Source of the DNA: an uncultured bacterium
GTDB lineage: Bacteria > Vulcanimicrobiota > CADAWZ01
Assembly (NCBI GenBank): GCA_902790465.1
Contig: CADASF010000005.1
Span: 148,622-212,621 of the forward strand
DNA length: 64,000 nt
Direction of reading: 5' to 3'
Position numbers and translations under genes: made by a program. Under the pieces are notes generated by a model that saw only the letters and a program-made list of their open reading frames with translations, did no database searches and was not told where the DNA came from. This document shows positions 45,264-55,598 of this stretch, one piece after another. Position 1 is the first letter of the stretch, and each line of letters opens with the position of its first letter.

Positions 45264-48200
45264 TTACATCATCTTTAATGCGAAGTTGGAGAATTTGTAG
45301 ATATTTCTGCCATCGACTGAAAGCCAGCCGTCACAGATAATTACTTTGTCATCATTTGATTTTGAAGTTACCCAAACTCTGACTGTTACCAAATCATCTT
45401 TTGGGATTACCTGTCCTCTATATGTCCACAAATGTTTACATTCACATAATGGAGAGATAAATCCCTCTGATTTCTCCGCTTCTTTACTCCAGAATTTTAT
45501 TGACATATACTTCATCAATGAAATCATTGATTCAAGACCGAGTGATCCAGGTATTACTGGATCCTGATAGAAATGAGCTTTGAAGAACCAATCTGAAGGT
45601 CTTACTTTCATAGTTCCTTCAATATAGCCCAATCCTTTTGGACCGCCATGTGGTGCAAAAACTGTTATATTATCTATCATTTTTAACATAGATTTTGGCA
45701 ATATCCTATGTTCTGGATATATAATATTTCGTTCTGAATCTTTGTCATTGCCTACAGGCGGAATCTTTGCGTCCAATATACCTATTTGATTTTTTAGTGC
45801 CTCTTTTGAGAAGAAGCCAAAATATGTCCAACCTTTATATACACTTCCTATTTCATCATAGACATCAAAGAAGTAATTTTGAATGACCATTCCTGCCGAT
45901 TTTGAGACTGTTTCAAGTTTTACATCTGTATGTAATATCTTTGTGTTTTTGTTTACAGGTCTTTCAAGATGACCATAACCACCTAAATTTCTAAATGACA
46001 GATCAAAATTTTCGGTAAGTGCAGAACCGACATAGGCAGCAAGCCAACCGCAAGGCTGAAGTGCAACTTCAAGAAGTACAGAAAATGGCATTAATGATGA
46101 AGAACTCTGTTCAAAATACCATTCATTACCATTCATATCATATTGAGCAGAGGCTGATGCAGGAGTTTTCATTACCCATTGTTCACCTGCTACTTTTACG
46201 ATTCTGTCAAGGAATTTATATGGATCGCCTGGTAATCTTGCGATTATTCTGTCTTTGTCAAATACTGCATATTTACTGCCAAATGCTTCTGAAGGATTGC
46301 CAATAGCAAATGCAGTTATCGAGGCATTGTCAAAAACTGGAGTTTGTGGAGTTTTGCCAACATTTTTAATATTTCGCCATATCTTTTCCAAGCGTTCTTT
46401 AGATGAACCTTTTAACTGAATTGACATATTCAGCATTTCGACAATAGGTTTTCCATCTGCAAACATCAAGGCATCTGCTATTGCATAAGGATATGGATTA
46501 TAGCCAATTTCTTTTATTGAGATTCTAAAAGATGATTTTTTAGTTGATTCTATGACTTGACCTCTACATTTTAGAGAGCTTGAAACTCCCTGTATTGGCT
46601 CCCAAACAGTGTCTTTAGCTGAATCAATCCAACCAGCTCTCATCAAGAAAATTCTGAGTGTGTGCATGCAACATTCATACATCAATGTACCTGGCATGAC
46701 ATTGTCATCTGAGAAGTGGCATGTCAAGAACCAGTCATCTGGATGGATATCGAGTTCAGATTCAATGCTTCCTATTCCAAATCTGCCACCCGTTGGATTT
46801 AGGTTAATAACCCTGTCGAGAAGTTTCATGTATTTATGTCTTGGTAATGTCAATGGGTCTTCACAGTCCATATAATCAAAAGACGATCCAAAACATGCAG
46901 AAATTTTGCCTTTTCTCAATTCGGCTATTTCGGTATCTGCATAAGATTCTTCATACATTGGGACAAATGGTTTAAAGCCGTCTTTTATCAGTCCTTTTTC
47001 AGGGCGTAAGTCAAGGGCTGTGTGGATAATTCCTTTGCCTTCGTCAAGTTGTTGTTGTGTGAAGAAGCCTGCACAGCCATTTGTCATTGACATCAATTTT
47101 TTAGTGCCGACAAAACTTTCAAAATTGAAGTAGAACAGCCAAACCGATCCTTGTGTAAAGAATCTTTCAATATTTATTTCATATCTTATCGTTTCACCGA
47201 CTTTTGGAAGGTGATCATGGAATTGAATCGAGGCATTTAACAATCTATAGACAGCAAGACCTTTTGTCTTTTTGTCAATACCCAACCAGCCAGATAAAAA
47301 TAGATCAGATTGACCCGCTTCAACAGCAACACAAGTTGGAATAATGCCATTGTCCAAATACCAAGCATTTTCTTTTATATCATGTTCTGTAACTGTTGAA
47401 CCTGATGTCAGAGAAAGTGGTTCACCAGAAACACTTAAGATCCTATCCGCAAGCATTAATGGCTCATCAGGAAGTCTTACTCTTGTTGGATAGCTATCTA
47501 TCTCCTCAAACATTTTACCCAAAACTTTACCAATAGACCCTGTGGCAAACTCCATGCATGCCTCTCTATCCATAAATATCTTTTTGTCGCTTGCGTTCTT
47601 ATCTCTGCGATCGATTTTGTCTCTGCTACTTGTTTGGTAATTGCCATCTACAAAGTTTTTCTCTTGGCTTGCGTTCTTATCTCTGCGATCGATTTCGTTT
47701 TGGCTAACTTTTTCATAACTGCCATATACATTATTTTCTTTTTGGCTCTCTTGCTTATTTCTGCGATCGACATTGCCAAGATATATATTTTGTGAAATTT
47801 CTGTTGGGCAATCCAAAACAAGGGAAATCAAATCTTGTGAGAAGTTCAAATATTCGCCATGAGCTTCTGCCGTCTTCTGTTCCATTTCAAATATTCTTTT
47901 TAGTACGCTATTTGCTGTTTCTGTAGTTTGGCTAATTTCAATTTGTGGCATTTTTTCTTTGCTCTCTTGTTTGTATATGCTACCTAATTCGTTTTGAGTT
48001 ACTTCTTTGTCTCTAAAATTTATAAAGTTTTCTCTATGCTCGTTGTTAATATTTTGTGATATTACAGGCTTACTTTCTTTTTCTTTACTTAATTTATTGT
48101 CTCTTTGCTCTATTGTTTTACTGGAATTTGTCTTTTTTGAATTGTATTCAGAACTTTTTTCACTAAAAGCTCTTTTTGATAGAGAAATTTTCATCAGATT

Positions 48201-51200
48201 TGATTTTTTAGTTTCTTTAAAATCTCTGTCAAAAAGATTCAATTTTTCAAAATCTATTCCATTTACAAAAAGAACAGCACACATATTTAAGAATGTATCT
48301 ATTTCAGAAAATCCAGCTTTTGTCGCATATACAGCAAGATGAGGTTTTTCTGACAAAATGGAATCTATCATTCTTGTACAAGAACAACTTGGACCGACTT
48401 CTATAAATACTCTTATTCCGTCTTTCCAAGCCTGTTCTATGACTGCAGGGAAATCTATTGTATAAGAAGCCTGGTTTAATATTGTGTCAGCTATATTGTC
48501 TGATGTTATATCATAACTTTTCTTTAATGCCGTACTGTAAAAAGTTATATTATTTGGATTTTCTGCAGGGAAGTAGTGAAGATCTCTGTATTTCTGAGCA
48601 ACAGGTTTTAAAACTTCACAATGAACAGAAGTTACACCTTCAATAGGAATTATCGTACATTTTAGTTCTTCTGCACATTTCTCTACTTCTTTTCTCTCTC
48701 CGCCAATAACACAATCTTCATAAGTATTTATTATAAGGAGATATACTCTGTCATATTTTTCTATGACTTTTTGAGCTTTCTTGTAATTACAAGCGATAAC
48801 AGCTGTAAGCCAATCGACTTTTTCATTTTCAGGTATATTCCAAACTTTTTTGGCGGAATTATATTCACCTGCTAAGTCATCTATAAAGAGAGATGATGAA
48901 TTTAATCTATCCATCATTTCATCTCTTGAATGCCAAATTCTAAGTGCTGTTATTCCTGCCATTTCTCCGAGAGAATAGCCAATAGAGGCATTTGGCTTTA
49001 TTCCCAAATTTGCCACACAATCAGAGGCAATAGATGACATAGCTGTTTGACCTTGAAGGAGTGCAGGGTGATTATTTGAAACATCATCTAAATTTTCTTT
49101 TGTCCAAAAATAATTTGGCAAAATTTGATCTTTCAATCTCAAATTTTCTTCATTTTCATTATACATGACATTTGGGAATCTTAGAGCAAGCTCTTTTCCC
49201 ATTCCTGCATAATGGTTGCCTGAACCTGGAAATACAAATGCTATTTTTCCTTTTTCTGCAAATTTTCCGTCATTGTATGTAAGACCTTCCGTGTGTTCAG
49301 GGAATGTATTTGCAATTTTCTTAAATTCTGCAAAGTCTTTTGCCAAAATACTTGCTCTGAATATATCTTTGTCAGTATCTTTTTCTCTATTTTTTTCAAG
49401 ATATAGTGCAGATTGTGAAAAAGTTAAATCTGTTTCTGACAAAAATTTTAATGCAGAATCTATTTTTTGTTTTAAATCTTCTTCATTTTTAGAGGCAAAG
49501 AAGAATATCTCTTTATTTTGGAAATTGTGTAGGTGTTCAGGCTCACAAGGTGGCTCTGAAATATCTATTTTTATGCCTCTATTTGTTATTGATGAAAAAG
49601 AGGTTGCAGAATCTGTTATTTTGCCTTCAATTCTGTTTGAAAGTCTATATGTTTTACTTATAGGCTCGAATCTGTCTTTTATGAAAAGGCATTTTTCAAC
49701 AAGTTCCAAAGCACCATTTTTCTCTTGGCTCTCTTTTTCGTCTCTGCGATCGACTTTGTCTAAGCTACTTGTTTGATAATTACCATTTACAAAGTTTTTC
49801 TCTTGGCTCTCTTTTTCGTCTCTTGGTGAGATTTTAGAAACATTGTCAATTACAGCATATATTTTGTTTTTATCTCTTACTGCGTCATCATATCTTTTTA
49901 AAACAAAACAAACAGATGTATCAAAGAATTTGTCATTTCTTTTTGACATCATATTTTTACAGAAAGTAAATCTGTCATCAGAGGCAATATCTGTACAACC
50001 TGCAATGACTACATCTGTTTCAAAATTTACAAGTGAGTCAAAAGCGAGTGATACTGCTTCTAAGCCTCCGTTTTCAGATTCAGAAACAGTGTGTGAGGTT
50101 TTGCCAAAGCCAAATTCTCTCGCTATTCTGCTTGCAGTTATACTACCCAATGCCCCCATTGTTCTATTTGCATTTAATGGCTCTGAAAAGACTTTGTCTC
50201 CAGTTCTCCATGATACATAGAAATCTGTTGTTGAAAAATCAAAATTGATTCCGATAAAAACTCCGCCTTTTGCATATTCTTCTTTTTTGATGTCAGCGTC
50301 AGACATTGCAGAAATTGCAGAAAGAAGCATTGCTTTTTGTTGTGGAAGTGATTCATCAAGCTCTTTTGGAGGAATTTTTATTTTTCCAAATGGTATTTGT
50401 GTATCTTCAAATGTTCTTTTTGAAGGATATTTTCCCTCGGCTCTCATTTTTTCAAATTCATAGGCATTATTTACATTGCCAACTCTCACATCAATTCCGA
50501 CTACAGCTACTTTCTTATCATTTTTTTGTGGATTGAGAGCTTTTTTATTTTCATAAAGTTCTTTTTTAAATTCTTCAATTATTACATGTGCATTTATTCC
50601 ACCAAAACCAAATGCACTTACAGCCACTCTTTTTGTTTTTGAATCCCATTTTTCAGCTTTTGTTGGAACAAAAAATGGAGAATTTTCTATATCTATTGAT
50701 GGTGTTGAATAATTTGCAATAGGTGGCAAAATGCCCTTTTGCATTGAAAGTAAAACCTTTACAAGTCCTGCACCACCTGCACCTGTCAAAAGGTGTCCTA
50801 TATTGGATTTTACACTACCAAGTGCAGATTTTTTGTTTTCTCTCTTACAATTAAATTCAGAAAATAGCTTGCATAGGCTTCCAAATTCAACTTTATCACC
50901 TGCAGGTGTTCCTGTTGCATGGCATTCAAATAAATCTATGTCAGAGGGGAGAAGATTTGCCTGTTCGTAAGCCTCTTTCATTGCTCTTAATTGACCCTCT
51001 TGCGAAGGCATTAAAAGGCTTCCTTCTCTGTCATTTGAAAGACCAACTGCTTTTATAACTCCGTATATTTTGTCTCCGTCTTTTATTGCATCTTCAACTC
51101 TTTTTAAACAGATGATTCCTGCACCTTCACCTGTAACAAGCCCTTTGCCTTTTTTGTCAAATGGGGCACATATTCCGTCTGTAGAAAGTGCTGATAATTG

Positions 51201-51872
51201 AGTAAATCCTATTGATGTGTACATGCAGTCAGGTCTTGAAACTCCACCTGCAAGCATTAGATCGGCTTTTCCTTCAACAAGGCGATCGCATGCGAGTTTT
51301 ACTGCATAGAGTGAAGAAGCACATGCTGCGTCAAGTGTGAATGATTCACCTTCAGCTCCTATTGTTTTTGCCAAAAATGAGGCTGTGTGTGAATTTACAA
51401 GTGAATTTATTGGATTTGTAGAAATATTTTTGCAATCAGATAAAGCCAAATCAAAAGATATTTGTTCTGATGTCTCCGTAGGAAGTGCGATACTTCCCAA
51501 AATAACTCCTACCTTGTCAGCTGATATTGATGATGAATTGCATTCTTTAAATGCTGATTTTCCTGCTATTGCTGTTATTTTAAATACTGGATCGAGATTG
51601 TCGTCTTCAATTCCATATTTAGAACATAATTTTTGTATTGTATCTTCAGAGATAAATGCTCCTATATCTGTAAATGCTTTGTTTGGTGTTTTTACTTCAG
51701 ATATTACCGAAGATGAATCAAGTATCCATCTATTTTTAGGTGCATGTTTAAATGCATATTTTCCATTTTCTATCATATCCCAAAAATCTTTGAGGTCTTC
51801 ACATTCTGGGAAAAGTCCACCAATTCCAACTATTGCTATGTCGTAACTACTCTTTTTCATATCTATTTCCAT
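45264..51872 (-). CDS. PUFA-synthase-like (PfaB/PfaC-type) polyketide megasynthase: KS - CLF - AT - FabA-like DH - FabA-like DH (2202 aa)
   Basis: The KS domain has DAACASS (active Cys ~184), HATGTPAGD and GHLLTGAG. The second KS-like domain lacks the Cys (SESENGG), marking it as a chain-length factor. The AT domain has GYSLGE. Two C-terminal FabA-type DH domains follow (HPDDWFLTCHF...GTLMYE; PSDWFFKAHF...GSLGLE). No DSL ACP motif, no KR and no ER are present. Confidence 0.8.
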   Translation of the reverse strand: MEIDMKKSSYDIAIVGIGGLFPECEDLKDFWDMIENGKYAFKHAPKNRWILDSSSVISEVKTPNKAFTDIGAFISEDTIQKLCSKYGIEDDNLDPVFKITAIAGKSAFKECNSSSISADKVGVILGSIALPTETSEQISFDLALSDCKNISTNPINSLVNSHTASFLAKTIGAEGESFTLDAACASSLYAVKLACDRLVEGKADLMLAGGVSRPDCMYTSIGFTQLSALSTDGICAPFDKKGKGLVTGEGAGIICLKRVEDAIKDGDKIYGVIKAVGLSNDREGSLLMPSQEGQLRAMKEAYEQANLLPSDIDLFECHATGTPAGDKVEFGSLCKLFSEFNCKRENKKSALGSVKSNIGHLLTGAGGAGLVKVLLSMQKGILPPIANYSTPSIDIENSPFFVPTKAEKWDSKTKRVAVSAFGFGGINAHVIIEEFKKELYENKKALNPQKNDKKVAVVGIDVRVGNVNNAYEFEKMRAEGKYPSKRTFEDTQIPFGKIKIPPKELDESLPQQKAMLLSAISAMSDADIKKEEYAKGGVFIGINFDFSTTDFYVSWRTGDKVFSEPLNANRTMGALGSITASRIAREFGFGKTSHTVSESENGGLEAVSLAFDSLVNFETDVVIAGCTDIASDDRFTFCKNMMSKRNDKFFDTSVCFVLKRYDDAVRDKNKIYAVIDNVSKISPRDEKESQEKNFVNGNYQTSSLDKVDRRDEKESQEKNGALELVEKCLFIKDRFEPISKTYRLSNRIEGKITDSATSFSSITNRGIKIDISEPPCEPEHLHNFQNKEIFFFASKNEEDLKQKIDSALKFLSETDLTFSQSALYLEKNREKDTDKDIFRASILAKDFAEFKKIANTFPEHTEGLTYNDGKFAEKGKIAFVFPGSGNHYAGMGKELALRFPNVMYNENEENLRLKDQILPNYFWTKENLDDVSNNHPALLQGQTAMSSIASDCVANLGIKPNASIGYSLGEMAGITALRIWHSRDEMMDRLNSSSLFIDDLAGEYNSAKKVWNIPENEKVDWLTAVIACNYKKAQKVIEKYDRVYLLIINTYEDCVIGGERKEVEKCAEELKCTIIPIEGVTSVHCEVLKPVAQKYRDLHYFPAENPNNITFYSTALKKSYDITSDNIADTILNQASYTIDFPAVIEQAWKDGIRVFIEVGPSCSCTRMIDSILSEKPHLAVYATKAGFSEIDTFLNMCAVLFVNGIDFEKLNLFDRDFKETKKSNLMKISLSKRAFSEKSSEYNSKKTNSSKTIEQRDNKLSKEKESKPVISQNINNEHRENFINFRDKEVTQNELGSIYKQESKEKMPQIEISQTTETANSVLKRIFEMEQKTAEAHGEYLNFSQDLISLVLDCPTEISQNIYLGNVDRRNKQESQKENNVYGSYEKVSQNEIDRRDKNASQEKNFVDGNYQTSSRDKIDRRDKNASDKKIFMDREACMEFATGSIGKVLGKMFEEIDSYPTRVRLPDEPLMLADRILSVSGEPLSLTSGSTVTEHDIKENAWYLDNGIIPTCVAVEAGQSDLFLSGWLGIDKKTKGLAVYRLLNASIQFHDHLPKVGETIRYEINIERFFTQGSVWLFYFNFESFVGTKKLMSMTNGCAGFFTQQQLDEGKGIIHTALDLRPEKGLIKDGFKPFVPMYEESYADTEIAELRKGKISACFGSSFDYMDCEDPLTLPRHKYMKLLDRVINLNPTGGRFGIGSIESELDIHPDDWFLTCHFSDDNVMPGTLMYECCMHTLRIFLMRAGWIDSAKDTVWEPIQGVSSSLKCRGQVIESTKKSSFRISIKEIGYNPYPYAIADALMFADGKPIVEMLNMSIQLKGSSKERLEKIWRNIKNVGKTPQTPVFDNASITAFAIGNPSEAFGSKYAVFDKDRIIARLPGDPYKFLDRIVKVAGEQWVMKTPASASAQYDMNGNEWYFEQSSSSLMPFSVLLEVALQPCGWLAAYVGSALTENFDLSFRNLGGYGHLERPVNKNTKILHTDVKLETVSKSAGMVIQNYFFDVYDEIGSVYKGWTYFGFFSKEALKNQIGILDAKIPPVGNDKDSERNIIYPEHRILPKSMLKMIDNITVFAPHGGPKGLGYIEGTMKVRPSDWFFKAHFYQDPVIPGSLGLESMISLMKYMSIKFWSKEAEKSEGFISPLCECKHLWTYRGQVIPKDDLVTVRVWVTSKSNDDKVIICDGWLSVDGRNIYKFSNFALKMM

Positions 51873-52076
51873 GTTATCTATTATAAATTATTCTATATTA
51901 TATTATTTAAGAAAATAAAAAATCCCCTTTTATATAAAAAGGATTTTGTTTAAACCTTATTCATTTTAATAAAAAAATTAACATTTCTTTAATTAAGATT
52001 CTCTTGAATTGATTCTTTTATTAATGTATAATAAAATTTAATATGAGAAAATTTTAAAGATTGGAATTTTCATCTT

Positions 52077-53855
52077 ATGAATACAATAAATCCAAATATG
52101 CGTATGTTTTCAACAGATAGCATACAGCAAGTAAATACTCCTCAGACAGCAAAGACAGAAGCTGTTAAAACTCCAGAAACTCCACAACAGGAGATTAGAG
52201 AGACTGCAGACCTCTCTTCTGGAAAGCCTGCAAAAGATTTAAATGCAGAAAAATTGAGAAATTTTGCTGCTACACAAGCTGTAACAACAAGTAGTGAAGT
52301 AGAAGCACTACCTACTACTTCAGAAGTTGCAGATATGGCACTCAGTACAAGTATTCAGACAGCAGGATCAATGGTTCCTTCTACCGCTGGTACTACAATA
52401 AGATTGCTTTTTACAGATGATCTTCATGGTGCTATATTCTCAAGTCCAATGTGGGGAAGACCTGATGTTGAGCAGGGCGGAATGTCAATGCTCAAAACAG
52501 CAATAGACGAAAATAAAAATGATGCTACACTTGTTTTAGATGCAGGTGATTGGGCTCAGGGAACATATCCTGGTGGAATGGACAAAGGTGTTACAGTCGT
52601 AGATCTCATGGGAAAATTGGGATATGACGCAGCTGCAGTAGGAAATCATGAGTTTGATTGGGGAAGAGACCAGTTAACACAATTGGCCCAGCAAGCTACA
52701 TTTGATGTTTTGGGAGCAAATGTTCTCGCAAGTGAAACAGGTGAAGTAATGCCAGGTGTTGCTCCACATACAATAAAAGTTGTAAATGGCGTAAAAGTTG
52801 GACTTATCGGTGTAACAACACAGGATACCCCAGAACTTGGTGCTAAGAGCAATACTGAAGGGGTCGTATTTGCAGATACAGCAGATAGCATTAAAAAATC
52901 TATTCCTGAACTAAAGAAACAAGGTGCAGAAGTTCTCGTGCTTCTCTCACACTGTGCAACAGGTGAAGACCAAAAAATAGCAGAAGCAGTTCCAGAGCTT
53001 GATGTAATAATTGGTGGTCATGACCATGAAAAATTGGATGAACCTATAGTTATTGGAAAAACAATTATAACAAAAGCAGGTCCACATGCAAGGACATTGG
53101 GACAACTCGATTTGGTCGTTGATAAAGAACAAAAGCAAGTAACATCTTTTGAACATAAACTCCATACTATAGATTCAGAACATGTAAAACCAAATGCTGA
53201 ATTTGATCAAGTTCTCTCTCCTATTTCTAAAAGAGTTGATCAAATAATGGGTGTAAAAGTTGGTTCAAGCACAGTAGGAATCACAAGAGATAAATTTACA
53301 CCAGAGTCAACAGCAGGAAATTTAGTTACTGATTCTATGATAGATGCCACAGGAGCAGACATTGCATTTTTGAATACAGGTGCAATGAAAAAGGCAATAG
53401 ATAAAGGCGAAATAAAATTTGGTGATGTGTTTAATTTACTTCCTTATGATAACCAGATTGTAACTGTTGACATGACAGGTGAATCGATAATGAAAGTTCT
53501 TGAACATAGTGCAGGAAATGCTGATACTATACCTGAAAAAGGTTCAACAAATATAATTCAATTTGCAGGTTTAAGAGCTACATTTGATCCAAGTCAACCT
53601 AAAGGTCATAGAGTAAGTAATGTAACTGTTGGTGGACAGCCACTCGATTTAAATAGAACTTACAGTGTTGCTTCTATTGATTATTTAGTATCAGATAGCA
53701 ATGAATTTCCAGCAATGCATGAAGCAACAAATAAACAGGTTACAGAATTTGAATTGAGAGATACTGTTCACAAATTTATACAGAAAAATTCACCACTTGA
53801 TGAGTCAACAGTAAAAATTGATGGTCGTCAAGGTTGGACAAGTATCCCTAAATAG
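52077..53855 (+). CDS. Bifunctional metallophosphatase / 5'-nucleotidase (UshA-like) with ~100-aa Thr/Ala/Gln-rich N-terminal linker
   Basis: It has calcineurin-like motifs (DLHG, GDWAQG, GNHEFD) and a C-terminal 5'-nucleotidase domain. No N-terminal signal peptide is evident. Confidence 0.75.
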   Translation: MNTINPNMRMFSTDSIQQVNTPQTAKTEAVKTPETPQQEIRETADLSSGKPAKDLNAEKLRNFAATQAVTTSSEVEALPTTSEVADMALSTSIQTAGSMVPSTAGTTIRLLFTDDLHGAIFSSPMWGRPDVEQGGMSMLKTAIDENKNDATLVLDAGDWAQGTYPGGMDKGVTVVDLMGKLGYDAAAVGNHEFDWGRDQLTQLAQQATFDVLGANVLASETGEVMPGVAPHTIKVVNGVKVGLIGVTTQDTPELGAKSNTEGVVFADTADSIKKSIPELKKQGAEVLVLLSHCATGEDQKIAEAVPELDVIIGGHDHEKLDEPIVIGKTIITKAGPHARTLGQLDLVVDKEQKQVTSFEHKLHTIDSEHVKPNAEFDQVLSPISKRVDQIMGVKVGSSTVGITRDKFTPESTAGNLVTDSMIDATGADIAFLNTGAMKKAIDKGEIKFGDVFNLLPYDNQIVTVDMTGESIMKVLEHSAGNADTIPEKGSTNIIQFAGLRATFDPSQPKGHRVSNVTVGGQPLDLNRTYSVASIDYLVSDSNEFPAMHEATNKQVTEFELRDTVHKFIQKNSPLDESTVKIDGRQGWTSIPK

Positions 53856-53905
53856 GCTTTAAATCCGCCGTATCAAAAAAAAATAAAAATTTTTTAAAAA
53901 AACTC

Positions 53906-53934
53906 TTGACAAAATGAAGATACCGTTGTATAAT
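53906..53934 (+). promoter_or_regulatory. Consensus sigma70-type promoter of the tRNA operon (TTGACA - 17 nt - TATAAT, with TG immediately upstream of the -10)
   Basis: TTGACA lies at 53906-53911 and TATAAT at 53929-53934, with an exact 17-nt spacer. The predicted start is ~45 nt upstream of tRNA-Pro. Confidence 0.7.
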
Positions 53935-53984
53935 GTCCTCACTGTCAAGGAAGCAAACCGATACAGGATACGGCGGATAAGTTT

Positions 53985-54059
53985 CGGGGTGTAGCGCAGC
54001 TTGGCTAGCGCATCTGGTTTGGGACCAGGGGGTCGGAGGTTCGAATCCTCTCACCCCGA
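53985..54059 (+). tRNA. tRNA-Pro (anticodon TGG)
   Basis: Hand fold: acceptor CGGGGTG/CACCCCG, anticodon loop TTTGGGA, T-loop TTCGAAT. Confidence 0.8.
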
Positions 54060-54086
54060 CTTCAGTCTTAAAAGCCTGGAATCAAT

Positions 54087-54163
<77 letters not shown>

Positions 54164-54170
54164 TTAAAAT

Positions 54171-54245
54171 GGTGAGTGTAGCTCAATTGGTTAGAGCGCT
54201 GGTCTGTGGAACCAGAGGCTGTGGGTTCAAGTCCCACCATTCACC
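54171..54245 (+). tRNA. tRNA-His (anticodon GTG) with G-1
   Basis: Hand fold: G-1 plus acceptor GTGAGTG/CATTCAC, anticodon loop CTGTGGA, T-loop TTCAAGT. Confidence 0.8.
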
Positions 54246-54273
54246 CTTGACAAAATAAATAAAGTTTTTACAT

Positions 54274-54347
54274 GGGTCGTTAGCTCAGTTGGCTAGAGCA
54301 CCTGACTTTTAATCAGGGTGTCACAGGTTCGAGTCCTGCACGACCTA
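54274..54347 (+). tRNA. tRNA-Lys (anticodon TTT)
   Basis: Hand fold: anticodon stem CCTGA/TCAGG, loop CTTTTAA, acceptor GGGTCGT/ACGACCT. Confidence 0.75.
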
Positions 54348-54362
54348 TTTTTTTTGATAAGA

Positions 54363-54435
54363 GGGTCTTTAGCTCAGTTGGTAGAGCACCTGACTCTTAA
54401 TCAGGGTGTCGAGAGTTCGAGCCTCTCAAGACCCA
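54363..54435 (+). tRNA. tRNA-Lys (anticodon CTT)
   Basis: Hand fold: anticodon loop CTCTTAA, acceptor GGGTCTT/AAGACCC. Confidence 0.8.
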
Positions 54436-54444
54436 TTCTCCTTA

Positions 54445-54526
54445 GGGCGAGTGGCGGAATTGGCAGACGCGCTAGACTTAGGATCTAGTGGCCTTGGTCG
54501 TGGGGGTTCAAGTCCCTTCTCGCCCA
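54445..54526 (+). tRNA. tRNA-Leu (anticodon TAG), long variable arm
   Basis: Hand fold: acceptor GGGCGAG/CTCGCCC, anticodon stem CTAGA/TCTAG, loop CTTAGGA. Length 82 nt. Confidence 0.75.
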
Positions 54527-54547
54527 TAGTCCTAAACAAAATAATTT

Positions 54548-54620
54548 GCGGAAGTAGCTCAGCGGCTAGAGCATCGCCTTGCCAAGGCGGGGGTCGAGGG
54601 TCCGAATCCCTTCTTCCGCT
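54548..54620 (+). tRNA. tRNA-Gly (anticodon GCC), copy 1 (T-loop TCCGAAT variant)
   Basis: Hand fold: acceptor GCGGAAG/CTTCCGC, anticodon loop TTGCCAA. Confidence 0.75.
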
Positions 54621-54684
54621 CTCATAAAGCCCCTAAATATAACTAAAATCTTTCTGATTTTTATCATAACCCCAATAGTTGGGG

Positions 54685-54757
54685 GAGGGGAATTGCGGAA
54701 GTAGCTCAGCGGCTAGAGCATCGCCTTGCCAAGGCGGGGGTCGAGGGTTCGAATCCC
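54685..54757 (+). tRNA. tRNA-Gly (anticodon GCC), copy 2
   Basis: It is identical to copy 1 except for the canonical T-loop TTCGAAT. Confidence 0.8.
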
Positions 54758-54781
54758 TTCTTCCGCTTTTTTTATTTCTCA

Positions 54782-54808
54782 AAAAATAAAACAGCTAAAA
54801 TTTTAGGC
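54782..54808 (+). terminator. Rho-independent terminator of tRNA operon
   Basis: The ACAGCTAAAATTTTAGGCTGT hairpin is followed by TTTTTTTATTTT. Confidence 0.55.
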
Positions 54809-54828
54809 TGTTTTTTTATTTTAAAAAC

Positions 54829-55464
54829 ATGAACAATATTTTTTTAGACAATGTAAAATTTAATGACGATCCTACATCGGATTTAAAAATTGAGATGCAA
54901 AGTAACTTACCTTCTTTTTATACTTCTTTGCGTGAAAATATTTTTAATAGTCAATTAGAGTGTATTTTATTAACACTTAGCACAATATTATCTATTCTAT
55001 TTTTGATTGTTTTGCCTGTAATAATTTTGTTATTTGATAATGATTCATTTGATAATTGTTTTTTACCTTTTTTTTTAGTTACTTTGCCTTTGTTTTTAGC
55101 TTTTATTTTATCTTTAATCGTATTTTGGGGTGAAAATAAAAAGCAATATGTTAAAATTTTCAATTCAGGAATAGAAATTACATGTGAAAAAATAGAAAGA
55201 GGTTCTATTTTTATTAAGAGTTCTGATATTAGAGATGTTGTTTTTAAATACCTTTCAGGCTCAGCTCCAAGATCAACTAAAATATATATGGAATATCGAA
55301 TTGAAGTAATTCTTAAATATCCTATAGATTTGCCGTTTTCTAAAAGAAAATTGAATAAATTTCCTTTATTTTTCTTAACAAATAAAGAAAGAGAATTTTT
55401 TGAAGATAGAGAATTTTTTAAAGATTTAGCACAAAAAATAAAAGATATATTGCAAATAAAATAA
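54829..55464 (+). CDS. Hypothetical membrane protein
   Basis: It has two long hydrophobic helices. No known motifs. Confidence 0.45.
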   Translation: MNNIFLDNVKFNDDPTSDLKIEMQSNLPSFYTSLRENIFNSQLECILLTLSTILSILFLIVLPVIILLFDNDSFDNCFLPFFLVTLPLFLAFILSLIVFWGENKKQYVKIFNSGIEITCEKIERGSIFIKSSDIRDVVFKYLSGSAPRSTKIYMEYRIEVILKYPIDLPFSKRKLNKFPLFFLTNKEREFFEDREFFKDLAQKIKDILQIK

Positions 55465-55598
55465 TTATTTCAAATATTTATTGTAAATGCAGGAAATAAG
55501 GTATTAAATTATAGAATTTTACAATTTACAAAAATTTCAGAAAAATAAGTATCACTGAATTAAATGATAGTTTAAAATATACGAGAGGTTTTTGAATC

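Noticed and set aside
54246-54275. Second TTGACA hexamer between tRNA-His and tRNA-Lys as an internal promoter
   Set aside because: It has no acceptable -10 element at 16-18 nt spacing, so it is probably fortuitous.
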